From contig NC_045696.1 in the NCBI RefSeq assembly GCF_009834535.1, positions 3,598,001 to 3,662,000 on the forward strand: 64,000 nucleotides of DNA. Reading direction: 5' to 3'. The stretch comes from Camelus ferus (taxonomy: Eukaryota). Under the pieces are notes generated by a model, which worked only from the letters and a program-made list of their open reading frames with translations, ran no database searches and had not been told where the DNA came from. Below, piece after piece: positions 28,454 through 39,960 of the stretch (its first letter is position 1; each line of letters opens with the position of its first letter). A program made the position numbers and the translations under genes.

Positions 28454-31400
28454 CCCCCTGCACCGCCAATGCTGCAGACGCACACCCACCGGAACCACCC
28501 GCCGGGACCCCGCAGGAGGGCCAGCCAGCTGTCAGACGGCCGCCAGCTCTAGCTGGGTTTTTTCCAACAATTTCATCTTTTAAAGGGGGAAAAAAAATCT
28601 GAGTCTCCAGCCAGGAGATCTCCCCCAGAAAGAACTGACAAAGCCGTTTGCCACCAGAAGCCACGAGACCCAGCAGCTCCACCACGCGGGCTGTGCTCAC
28701 GTGTGAGGGTGGAAGTTAAACGCGAGAGGCGTATTTACAGGGGGACCCACAAAACTCCCTCTGGTGGACTGTGGACGGGCAGGTCGAGGGCCCTGACCTC
28801 CGCCCTCTGTGCTCTAACAGGTGTCATTTTAGGTCCGTGCCTGGATCGCGTCACAATGAGGAGGCTCCCTCTGTGCTGTCACTGTGAACAGAATGGATGG
28901 TCAGCTCTCCGAACGGGCTGCTCAGAATAAAAAGTGCAGCCCGCCTGCGAGTACTGAGTACTGAGAGGTGGGACAGAGGCAGGACTTTTGGGAAACAGAA
29001 GTTGCTGTAGGAACGGAAACACTCAGACAAATGTAGGAAGACATTTGCCTTTGATATTAGCCATATAACTTGAAAAATTATGCAAATACTAAATATATTC
29101 TATGCATATTATGCTGAACACTTTTCTAAGTTTACTTTGAGCCTATTTGCAAGTGGGAGATGTATTAATTCTTATGTGGTTTTTACATTTTTCTCTACAG
29201 CATCAAAAGCTCTAATAATAGCAACAGAGCCATCAACACATGGACGTTCTCATGCCGTCGGCGTCCTCGCGAACGAGAGCCGCGAGCCTGTTGGAGGATG
29301 TTAGGGGCAGTGAGCGACAGCTCGTAGGACCTGCTACCCACATGTGCATGGTTTTTCTTTTGTCCGAGGTGGGTTTGCCAAACATTGCCAATAGCTGAAA
29401 CCAAGTACTTTCAGGGCAAGAGAGGAAATTACTTCATGTCTCAGGTGTGAGTCTTAGGAATGGAAGTTCAGTAACAAATGAGCCAAATGTGCATCAGGTC
29501 CTTTTTATGAGCTGGTCGGAATCGGCTGTGGACGGTGTGCTTATCACAGCTTGGGATGCTCTTGCTTTGACTGCCAGTGGACAAAAACGGTAAGCTTGAC
29601 ACAGGACTTCAATACCCCCGTGTGTCTTCCAAACCACTTTCCTCATCAGCGCGCCTTTCTGCCAGGTTTCATTCACAATTCTCACATCGTCCATTCCTTC
29701 TGGAAGAGCCACTTTTAGGGGACGTGCTTATTGAAGAACACTTGTCATCAGGGTGAAAGGTGTTAAGTAAGATTCATTTTCCTCCAATAAGATTTAAAGT
29801 CTACTAGGAAAATGTGGCTTCCGTCACGGGTGTGAAATTGAGAGCGTCCCTTCTTCCGGGTGCTTTTGTTAATCCTTAAGCAGATATTTCGGGGTAATCG
29901 AGCTGTGGGGGAACGAAAACCTTTGTAAAAACCAAAATTGCAGAATTTCGTCTTTTCTTCTTTTTTTTTTTTTTTGAGGACGAGATTAGAAAACTACATT
30001 AAGAATTTTATTTTTAAATACATTCTTAAAAATTCTTAGGTGTCCCAAGTATTATCAAGTGACTGTAAAATGACTTTTTCACCATATTTTGCTTTTAAAG
30101 GTTATATTTCAATTGTAATCATTGTAAACTAGCACCCGGCTGTCCAAACTGTCGTGTGTTACCACCAAGTTAGTCCCCACAGGTCAGCAGTTCCTGCTAG
30201 GCTTGTGGAACCAACGGTTTTTTTCATGTTCTGTTTGACTTGACGGGTCATTGTTCTCTCTCCTGGTCAGCAGAGCCGTGACATTCCAGGATTGATTCTA
30301 GTTTAATTCAAATTTCAGGTACTGATTAGAGGTTTTTAGTACAGGTTTTTGTTCATTTGATTTTGAAATTCAGCTGGATTCCATTTATTCGAGCGTGAAG
30401 ATGTTGGGGTTTTAGATTCAACTTTCTCGCTCTAAAAAATGTCTTAGCCATTCCCACTCCTGTTTGACTCCGTGAGCGTCCAGTTCACCGTTTAACACCT
30501 TCCTCAAGAGCTCTGCTCTCAGGCCCCTCGTGACTGGAAACCTCTCTGGGGTCCTGGGACGGTGTCGGGGGACCTGCGTCCGCCCGGTGTGTGAGGAGCA
30601 CGGGGATTAACACGAGGGAGAGTGTCGCCGGGGAGACGTTCGTGCCCGCCGGGTGTACTTGGGGAAGCTGGTACATCTGAGTGGATCCAGAAGTTCACCC
30701 CCAGGACGCACAGACATAGCCACAGTCAGATGGCTTTTCCGGAAGTTACGGAGGTCACTAACGGAGCAGGAGATACGACAAGCAAACAGAAAAGCGGGGT
30801 CAGGAGAGCACCGTGACAACATGGGCTGCACCGCTGCTGCGAACGGTTCCTTCCCGAGCTGTGGACCCAGGTTTGTTTTTTTAAGTGGTGTAGGGTATTT
30901 ATGTTAAAGTCAGTGTCGCCAAGGCCGAACGTCAACTAGGATGGCACACCGAATACAAAACGTGCTAATTTGTGAGTCACCTTATTCCCTTACCTTTTCC
31001 ACACGCCGGAGTGGTTTGAGGGCTTTTGGTTTTGGTCTTCATGAAATTTTTGCAGAGTGGTGTTTTAAAAGCTATTTCTCCTGAACACTGATATTAACGT
31101 GTGTCTGGATGTCTGGAACCAGCTGCTCATGCTGGGGTTAACGAGCTGGCAGCACTCTGGTTCGTATAAGGACGCGCCTGTGTTCTCTGTGGAGGAATGA
31201 AATGGACCTTTAAGTGTGTGTGTTTTCACGGCATTTACAGAAGTACCCGTCTCACCATCATGCCAGGTGAAACCTGCTGTGAGGAAGAAGGTTTAGACCC
31301 AGCACTATTTAAATCCAGGTCTCAAGTTGAAGGTCAAAAGCAGCACTGGATTCCCAGAGATGGCTCCCCAGCCCATCACCACCAGCCAATCACAAGTTGG

Positions 31401-32130
31401 GCGCCTGCCTAGGTTTCTGATTGGTTTTACTGGCCACATCTCTAGAAGCTGCAAATTTTTCTTCTTGAGCAGAAAGGAAAAGATGAATTTATGCAGCTGC
31501 CACAAAATTCCAATGTTTTCTGATTTATAATCTCACCATTCTTGGTCTTGAAACCTCAAAGCATGAGTTGGTGGACGCTGGAAGTCAGAACATTTAACTC
31601 TACCAGATGGAGGACGGGTCTCAGCACTGGCCTGGACCCTGACAGCAGACCCTGCCTCCACCCCCTCAAACCCACCAAGGTGTGATGACCAAAGCCAGCG
31701 GCACGGGGACACCAACACTGCTAAGTCCTGTGCAGCAAACTCAGGTTACAGCTATCCGGTTCCTTCTTTTTGGCACTCCTACTTTGCGTGTGAGGAGGCA
31801 GTCGAGGTAACATGACCTCGCCCCGTTCACCGTTCACTCACCTCCCAGCTAGCCAGCGACGTGCCATTTATAATTTAGGCTTGTGGGTTTTTTCCCCCAA
31901 TATCATATCAAAGCTACATATTTTTAAAGAAAATAAAAGGCGGTCCGGGTATGTGGAGAGGTTTGACTTGATGACCCTTGTCGTGATGCATGTACAAAAC
32001 AACAACTGTATCCCGGGCAGCGCGGTCCGCAGCCCGCGTCGACCCTGTGCGGCTGGGTTCGTTCGGAGATGTGGCTGGAACACGAATGGTCTTTGAAGGA
32101 AATAAAGGGGCACACAGAACACTAGACACC
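28454..32130 (+). other. C2CD2: Probable long C2CD2 3' UTR
   Basis: Repeat-poor sequence with AU-rich blocks after the stop codon. AATAAA at 28926, 31932 and 32101; the last is followed by a GT-rich stretch (gagttgtttgtgct). The end position is inferred. Confidence 0.6.
32101..32106 (+). terminator. Candidate distal polyadenylation signal of C2CD2
   Basis: AATAAA with an upstream TGTA (31991) and a GT-rich element about 25-35 nt downstream. Confidence 0.55.
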
Positions 32131-33869
32131 GAGTTGTTTGTGCTGAGTCCTGTGCTGTCCCCGCAGCCCAGCAGCCTCTCTGAGGGTCCCAGAACCGGCG
32201 TCTTTCATCAGGCGCCTCGGCGGTCACTGCATGTGGCCGCCACGGTCAGCGGGCATCACGGAAGAGCCCTCCTGCTAACGGTCTTACAGGATCTTTCAGT
32301 TACTCAGCGCCTGTTTGAGGCCTGGGGGTAAAATCACGTGCTAGAAAGCCAAGGTGTCCAGTGAGCTTCCGGGTCCTGGTGAGTTGTAGCCGCTACCAGT
32401 CATGGGCTGCTTGCCCTGGGTGCCTTAGCGGCCGTGTGACCCCGTGTGACCCCCAGGGACCTTCTGAGGAGTGCTGTCCCCTCGCGAGTGAAGCCTTCAT
32501 CCCTCCATCACCTCGTTGTTATCGCCCCGCCCCAGCGGTCACCCGAGGGTGGGTGCAGCGTGAGGTTGGAGGGGCAGGTGCTGGGCAGGGTCCCAGGAGG
32601 GCTGGGGTGTCTTGTGCCAGCCCCGCAGGCCTCGCGTCTCTTTTTTGGTGATCAGTTTCCTTCAGTTTCATCCCCCCTGCTCTGCCCAGGGGCCCAGCAC
32701 TTAGAGATCAGGGCCCTGGCCCCCGGCCCTTCTCTCAGAGGTCCCAACCATGCCCATCCTTTAGGAGGTGGAGTGGTCACTTGGGAGCCACGTCTGATGC
32801 ACACTGTGCATTTCCAAGGAAGAGTCTCCCCGTGGAGAGCCCCAGCATTAGCAGGGCTTGGATTCCAGAGTCTGCTCTGGACGTGGACGGTGGCCATGGC
32901 ACGGCATCTTGGTTGGGATTAAGGTGTCCCGGGGCCTGGGCTGGAACTGCTGCTTCCTGTGTGGCCGGCGGTCCACTCTGTGCTGACGCTCCAGGAGGAG
33001 TGTGGATGGACTTGCTGGATGGCCGGCTTCCCTAACCCGACCTCCTGCCGGCCACTTGTAGGTGCGCGCCGTGTTCGTGCCAGTCCCATTTACACAGCCC
33101 AAGCCACCTTGGTCATTCTGGAATGCGCCCCCCTTGTCTCCAGCGCACACCCCTCCCCATTCTCATGATCTAACCGAACACAAGCCCTGCCTTCTCCGTG
33201 AGGTGCCTGGCCACCAAGGATGCCCAGGGCGCTTCCATCAGCACCCTGCAGTCCCTATCACTTGGCCCTTCTCACTCTCTCGTAGACTTGTACCCTGGTA
33301 AGAATGTAAGTGCCCGTATCCCCTGGGTTCCGGGTGATGCCCGCTTAGAGCAGTAATGGGCATCAGCTGGAAGCTTTATATAAATAAGCTTGTCCGGGAA
33401 GTCTGCTTATACCCATCCTGCCCCACTCATCGGGCCCAGGGTCAGAGCTGGACCTGGAGGGCGTGCACAGGACAAAAAACATGCTGTTCTTGACCTCAGT
33501 CTCCCCCTGCAAATACAAGGCACTGTGCGTGTATGTTAATAAGTAGTTCATAAAAAAGAAAGGCAGCTGGCTCACCACGGAGGACTGGACACCAGGATGG
33601 ATGGGCTAGCGCAGCGCCTGCCCTCAGGGAAAGCTGCAGGCCAGACCCTCTTCCCATGGAGACTCTCTCACCTCGCCCACAGCTCACCTCCGCCCTGTGT
33701 CAGGGCCTGCAAACTGCCAAGCTGTGCCCTGCCTGTGCCGGGCATTCAGAACTGCTGACTACACTGATGTCACCAGCATTTGCAGTCAAGGCGGCGCTTG
33801 CTCAGGCTTTGGGCTACTTGGTGTTTTAGAGAAATACTGGGAGAGAAAGACTAGCGATCACAGTGATAA

Positions 33870-34090
33870 TAATTAACCCTAACTGAGCACTTACAGCGTG
33901 ACAGGGATTTTTCAAAGTGTTTGACACGTGTTGACTCCTACACTCTTTGAGTGATGATCCGGTTCAGTTTCACGGGTTAGGAAACTGAGGCACAAGGGGG
34001 TTAAGGAAACTTGCCCAAGTTCACAAGCTGCTAAGGGCAGAACCAGAATCTGAGCGCAGGCGGTCTGGCTGGAGAATCCCTGCTCGTGAC
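33870..34090 (-). mobile_element. MIR SINE
   Basis: ggaaactgaggcacaagggggttaaggaaacttgcccaagttcaca. Confidence 0.8.
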
Positions 34091-36929
34091 CACGAGTCTC
34101 TACCTTGTGTCAAATGGAGAGACAGAGGACTGTGGCCTCATATAGACTTTCCTGAACTTTAACGCGCTGTTACAGGTGAGAATGATGGAACGCGCTACTT
34201 TGCTCATAGCAGGAATTAGATTATTTGCTGATTATGTCCCTCTTTCTCTGGATGGGCAAGAATTAAGCCAGACTGAAAACAAAAGCTAGACGTGGTGTAG
34301 AGGAGCATCTTAGGATGTGTGCATCCGTGACGTCCCCTGACAAAGGAGGTTTGTATTTAAATTAACGACAAACCAGAGCTGATGAGACACATTAGTTGGA
34401 AAGCCCACGTGTAAGGCAGGCCAGTGACAGGCTGAGAGCATCACCCCCAGCGTGGCGCCACAGGGCAGAGTGATTACATCTTAGTGCCACAGCTAGTCTG
34501 TTTGGGAAGGAAAATCCACTAACTGAAGCTCTTCTGTTTAAAATCCTCTCAGTAAATTTTTTAAAATTTCAAGCCTACAGAATAACCTACATACCTTCAC
34601 CTAGATTCACTAGTTTTGCTACATTTGCTCTATCCAATCATCTTTCGATCAATCAATTGTAGTTTGAAGGCTTCATTTTTCACCCTAAATTCTTCAGAAG
34701 GCATTTTTCTAAGAACCCAGGCATCCTCATTATTATAATTCAATGCAGTTATCATGCTTAGGAAATTTGACATTAATGCAACACTATTATCTAGCTTCAC
34801 AGTCCGTATTCACATTTCTCCAACTGCCTCAGTAACATCCTTTATGGATGGTTTTTCTGCCTGGGATTCAGGGAATTCCTGCTGCATTTGCTATCAATGA
34901 GAATTTGGCACCTTCAGCAACTCTGAGCGACACAACTTTTTTAACTTTAGATTTTGGATATAAATCTGCCTTAAAAGGAATTATTTCCAGCCCTCATAGC
35001 TGAAAAATTCTGAACACTCTCAGAACTCTTTTGAAGATACAATGGCATTTGGGAACGTGGACCCCAGCCCTGTGCTGCGCGCATTGCCATGAGAAATGGC
35101 TTTAGGTGGGTTGAGGTCTTGCCTGCTTTGTTCTTCACTCTTGCTCTGACCTATCACTTTTTCCTGTAAATGACCTGCTTTCGTGCACAAATGCCAGTAC
35201 CTATTTGGTGTGCAGAGACCAGAGAACCAGCCATCTGGGCATGAGAATTGTAAGTGAAGTCACTAGAGGGCTGTGTAGGTGGAGAGGCGGTGCAAGTTGG
35301 CCATTGTGGTCAGTTTGGGGCTCCTGGGAGTTGGTGTGCATTTGGGCAAAGACCTGAATGATGGGGAAATGGTGGTGGGGAACCTGGGACTGTGTTCCAA
35401 GATCTTGAGAACAGAAGGCCGGAGGGAGGCTGGGATTTCACAGCTGGGTGGGGCACGAGCAGGGTGCAGGTGAGGGACCACAGGTGAGGTGATCAACAAG
35501 GTGTGGGAGGCCACAGTTCAGACCTACCTGTGAGTGCCCTGGGAAGCCACTGCAGGATGTCCCGGGACAGGGTGGGGTGGGGAGATGAGCCCAGCAGCGC
35601 ATCGCGCTAGGCGGGCGGGCTCTCTCCCGCTCCCTGTGGACCTGCCCTTCCAGTGGGTACTTACGACCAACCTCATACGCAAACCAGTTCACACAAGTGA
35701 GTCTGGCTGTGGGACAGATTCCTACAGGTGGGGCTCCTGCACCAAAGGCTATGTGCACCTTGAATTTCTATGGATATTAATAAATGGCCAGGGCAGAGGC
35801 TGTTCATCAATTCTCCCACTTGGAAAAGATGAGACTGCGTGTTTCTCTACAGTCTCTTCACAGTCATGCTATTAAACTTTAAAAGTCTTTACTAATGTAA
35901 TAGGTAACAATTATCTCACCATAATTTTGCTTTCTCTTATTACAGTATAGTTGACTAGCATCTCACATGCTTAAGAGCCACTGTATTTTCTCTTCTGTGA
36001 ACGGTCTGTAGACTGTTCATTTTTCAGTTATTTATCTTTTTCTTATCGATTCTTCAGAGCTTTACATGTATGAGGGGGACGAATCCTTTCTAATATCAGT
36101 TTCAAATCATTTCCCCCATTTCATCCCCTGACTTTATTAATGAAGGCTTTTGCCAGGCAAAAATGAACAAGACAGCTTACATCTTTGAATGTGACAGCAC
36201 AGGACTAGATAAATGATCCTTCTAGCCCCCATATTTCTAATACCCTGTGGTCTCTTGTCCACTGAATGGTGGGAGTCAAGTGCCCACCCAAGCCCCCGAA
36301 TTTGGGAGGCAAGAGGAGGTAGAAACACTCAATGCCAGGGAGCGGTCTGGCCTCAATTTCGCACCCCGGGTTCACGTCCCAACTTTTCACATGGCAGTGT
36401 CGGGTAGCGGTTAAGGCGGGGATTACGGAACTCACTCCCTCTGGACTGAAATGCCTGGTCTCCACTCCCCAGCGAGCTGCCGGCCCTCCTCTACTTCGGG
36501 GGCTTGGGGGTGGGGGCGGGAGGGGGAGGGAGGCAAAGCAAGCGCTTCTAAGCAAAGCAAGCGCTTGTAAGCGTTTATTAAGTGGACAGAAAGATGACCG
36601 CAGCAGCCCGTGGGCTAAATTCACAAATCATTACGATTAGGCAGCAAATCTTAGACCTATTTTAAAGAAAAACTCGACTACCTCTCCCACCCAACTCTCT
36701 AAAAGGAAATTAAGGCTTGACGTGGCCATCAGACGAAAGGTACGGGGTGGGGGGAGGATACCCGTGCTAGCTGCCAGCGCGTTGCTGTCGTGGGTCGCGG
36801 GATGCGGCTGCGCTACCGAGGAAGGGGCTGCACGTGGGCACCAGACGCCCCTTACAGCCCCGGGGAAAGGGCAGCCGCAAGCCGGCCCGCTTCTCCCGGC
36901 CGATCCGGATCCACGCGACCCGCTCACCC

Positions 36930-37490
36930 CGTCCACGCCTCGCTACTGCCCTGTGCATCCCCTCGCGCCCTGCCACTGCCCTGTCTATGCCACTCCGGCT
37001 CCCCCCGTGCACGGGCTCCGCAGTCCCACTCCCCTATCCTCCGCATCCGCTCCTGCTCCAACCGTCTGTGCGCCTTCTCCGTCCATACGACCCGCGCCCT
37101 GCTGCTCTCCGGTCCATGCCTTCCGCTTCCCTGTCCACGCCGCCCTCCCGCCCGCTCCCGGTCCGTGCTGCCCGCTTCCCCGTTCCCCCTCCACATCGCC
37201 CATTTCCCCGTCCACTCCCACCGCTCCTCCGCTCTCTCGTCCACACCGCCTGCTTCCCCGTCCAGGCTGCCGCTCCGGGTCCAGCCGCCCTCTCACCCGC
37301 TCCCCGTCCACACCGCCCGCTTCCGCGTCCACGCCGCCCTCTCGCCCGCTCCCGGTCCGTGCGGTCCGCTCCACTGTTCCCCCTCCTCATCGCCCGTTTC
37401 CCCGTCCAGGCCGTCCGCTTCCCGGCCCAAGCCACCGGCTCCGCGTCCACGCCGCCCTCTAGCCGGCTCCCGCGTCCACGCCGCCCGCGC
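36930..37490. repeat. Degenerate C-rich tandem repeat upstream of the PRDM15 core promoter
   Basis: Recurring ccgtccacgccgcc, cccggtcc and cgcttcc units; near-identical ~36-nt blocks at about 37133 and 37327. Confidence 0.7.
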
Positions 37491-37502
37491 CGCCCGTAGA
37501 GA

Positions 37503-37521
37503 ACTACAACTCCCACAATGC
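37503..37521 (+). promoter_or_regulatory. ZNF143 (SBS) motif with ACTACA extension (THAP11/HCFC1-type)
   Basis: ACTACAACTCCCACAATGC fits the well-known ACTACAnnTCCCAnnATGC promoter consensus. Confidence 0.85.
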
Positions 37522-37529
37522 CCCGCCGC

Positions 37530-37619
37530 CGCCCCGCGGCTTCCGGTGCTGCGCAGTTTCCGGAGCGGATCGCAACCCGGAGTCCGGATCCGATCCCGCT
37601 CTGCACATTCCAAAGGCAG
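37530..37619 (+). other. PRDM15: PRDM15 first exon (probably 5' UTR; start approximate)
   Basis: CAG|gtaaag donor at 37619/37620 inside the CpG island, directly after the ZNF143 motif. Confidence 0.75.
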
Positions 37620-39444
37620 GTAAAGCCCGGGCCCCGCGCCCGCCGCCCGCCCCCGCGCGCGCCGCCCCGGCCTGGCCCGGCCCGCCGCCCCCGCGCGCGC
37701 CCGCCCGGCCCGCCGCCCCCGGCCCCGCCCGGCCCGCCGCCCGCCCCGGTCCAGCCGCCATGCCGCCTGTTCTTTGTTACATTTGCCGGCTGCGGGCACC
37801 GTGGGCGATCGGAGTCAAAACCCGGCTGGATTTCCCGGAGCCGCTCCGGGATCGCCCTGCGCGCCGCCCGCCCGCCCGCCCGCCGCGGGCCTCGCCGCCG
37901 GCCCCGCCGCGGGCCCCTCCGCCCACCCGGCCGGCCAGCTCGGGGCGCGGGGCCTCGGGCCGCGCTCGCCCGTGGGCGCGGCGCGGGGGGCTCCTCCGCC
38001 CCCGGCCCCCGGCCCGCGGTCCCGCCCCCGGGCGCCCTCGTCGCCGACGGTCCCTCGTGATGTCACGCTCCCCGTCCTGGGCCCAGCCCCCAGGGGCGCG
38101 CGGGGAGGCTCCCCGGACCCCGGACTCCTGCGGTTAGAAAAACAGATCCCTGGATTCAGGCGATGGGGCTGCCCAGGCCCCCCAAGAGCACCCTCGGCCC
38201 CGTTTGTGTAAACCCTTGGGTGGCAGAGGCGAGGTAGTGAAATCCAGGGACAGGTGACATGTGGCCGCTGTCGGGGTGGGTGGCTGTGCTGGGAAGGGGC
38301 GCCCCCCCCCCCACCCCGGCGCGGACAGGTGGACAAGCTGGCCATGTGGCCTCTGGCGAGAGGGTCAGGTATTCGCGGTAAGGGTCAGTTTGAGAAGACA
38401 AAAGTGGAAGTGCATTCTGGAGATACCCACCTCTTAATAGTCCTATAGTTATTGTGTGTTTATTCATCTCTTAATGTAGTGGATGAGATTTTTTTTCCCA
38501 CAAAAGCTCAGAAATTGCCTCCTCCCCATCAAGGGTAGATTAAAATGGTAGAAACAAGTGTGGATCAGAGACACAATGACCCATGTACGTATTTAAAGCT
38601 GCCAACCCACAAAAACCACTTTTGCTTAAGACATTCTCATAAAATCTGGACTCACCAGATATGTTTGGAGAACCCAACTTGATTCCTGGAGGTATTTTTA
38701 AGGATGGAAAGTAAATGAGCAACTGGTTTTGTAACAGATCTTAGAAGGCAACAGTGATAACTGCCTGCAGAGTGTGGCGATGTAGACACTTTGTATTTAT
38801 AAGTGAGCCTCCCCCCACCTGGCACGCACACACCAACACAGTATTTTGTTTCAGACCTGGACGTTTTCACACTCTCCACATTTTCACTGCTCCACTCTGC
38901 TTCTCTGGATTTCCTTAGCATCACTGCTCTATGGTGAATGGTTAGGAAATAGAACTATAGTTTGAATTTTGAAAGGGAAAAACAGTAAAATGTATCCTTT
39001 ATAGAGTTTTTTTCTCCTGATAACCTTGATTCATATTTTTGCAGAAGAGTTGCCAACAAAGACTACAATAATAGATCCCATTTTGTAAGCAGGAGGAGGA
39101 GTTATTTTTTCCAGGAGACCAATACGTAAATTCAAAAATCACCCCCAATTGCAAGGCTAATAGCTTTTCTGGGAATAATTATGTCTGAGAAAGACCTCCG
39201 TTAGCTTAGGCTGTATCTCTCAACCATCATTCTTTTGATATTGTCGTCTGTGTGGAAGGCCAGGAGAAAAACACTCCTCCCATTTAGCAGATTTAAGGGA
39301 GACTGAAGGCAACTGTTTCTTGCACGTGTGACTTCAGAGGCCGAGCTCCTGAGCAACGACTCACGCACTTTCTCAGCCTGCCTTTCACAGCTGTGATGTG
39401 TGATGAGCGCTGTCCAGCCCCTCTCCCAGGGCTCATTAGCGTGC

Positions 39445-39960
39445 GTGTGTTCATTGGCCGGCCGTTCAACAGATACATAATCAGTGTGCAGCTACCAGTT
39501 GCTGGGTGTTGCAGAGAAGAGAGAAGGCCCTGCCTGGTGGACCGAATGTTCCAGAGGGAGGGAGGGAGGTGGGCAGTGTTAGAGCCTGGAGAAGAAGGCA
39601 GGAAGGATGGCAGATGGAGGAGGGCAGGGGAGGGCACACTTGGGCAGCTGGGACTAGAAAGGTCTGTCTGAGCAGGGGGCATTTGAATGGAGACCAGTGC
39701 TGTGAGGCCCTCAGTGGAGATCTGGGGTGAGGGTGTCACGGGGAGACAGATGGCAAGTGCAAAGGACCTGGGGTGGCAACACGCTTTGGGCGGCTGAGTT
39801 GGCGAAGTGCAGGAGGGCAGCGCGGGCTGTACTCTATTCAGAGTTTATCCTGAGAGCCAAGCAGGCACCTTGGGCTCTTTGGGCAGGGGTGGAGCAGGGT
39901 CTGTGTCCTTTTAGAGAGAACTCTGTGGCTGCCATGTGGAGAGTCCAGGCCCAACAAGAT
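39445..39960 (-). mobile_element. Degraded L2 LINE 3' fragment
   Basis: Resembles the L2 tail (gttcaacagatac...gccctgcc) and downstream tttatcctgagagc/ctctgtggctgccatgtggaga motifs. Confidence 0.5.

Larger units (their letters stand above)
36720..38330. promoter_or_regulatory. PRDM15: CpG island / PRDM15 promoter
   Basis: Very GC- and CpG-dense, with many GC boxes (CCGCCC) and an ETS core CTTCCGG at 37540-46. Contains the first splice donor. Confidence 0.9.

Noticed and set aside
34100..34520. Possible snoRNA or ncRNA in the unique intergenic stretch between C2CD2 and PRDM15
   Set aside because: I could not establish H/ACA or C/D architecture by eye; an Infernal/Rfam or snoRNA scan would be needed.
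37754..37763. GCCGCCATG Kozak-like start or YY1 site
   Set aside because: It lies in intron 1, the ORF is low complexity, and it lacks the TT/TTT tail of a good YY1 site.
36722..38345. Long overlapping ORFs (180-277 aa) on both strands of the CpG island
   Set aside because: Low-complexity Pro/Arg/Ala/Gly peptides are expected in stop-poor GC-rich DNA. Only 37518-37619 has splice support.
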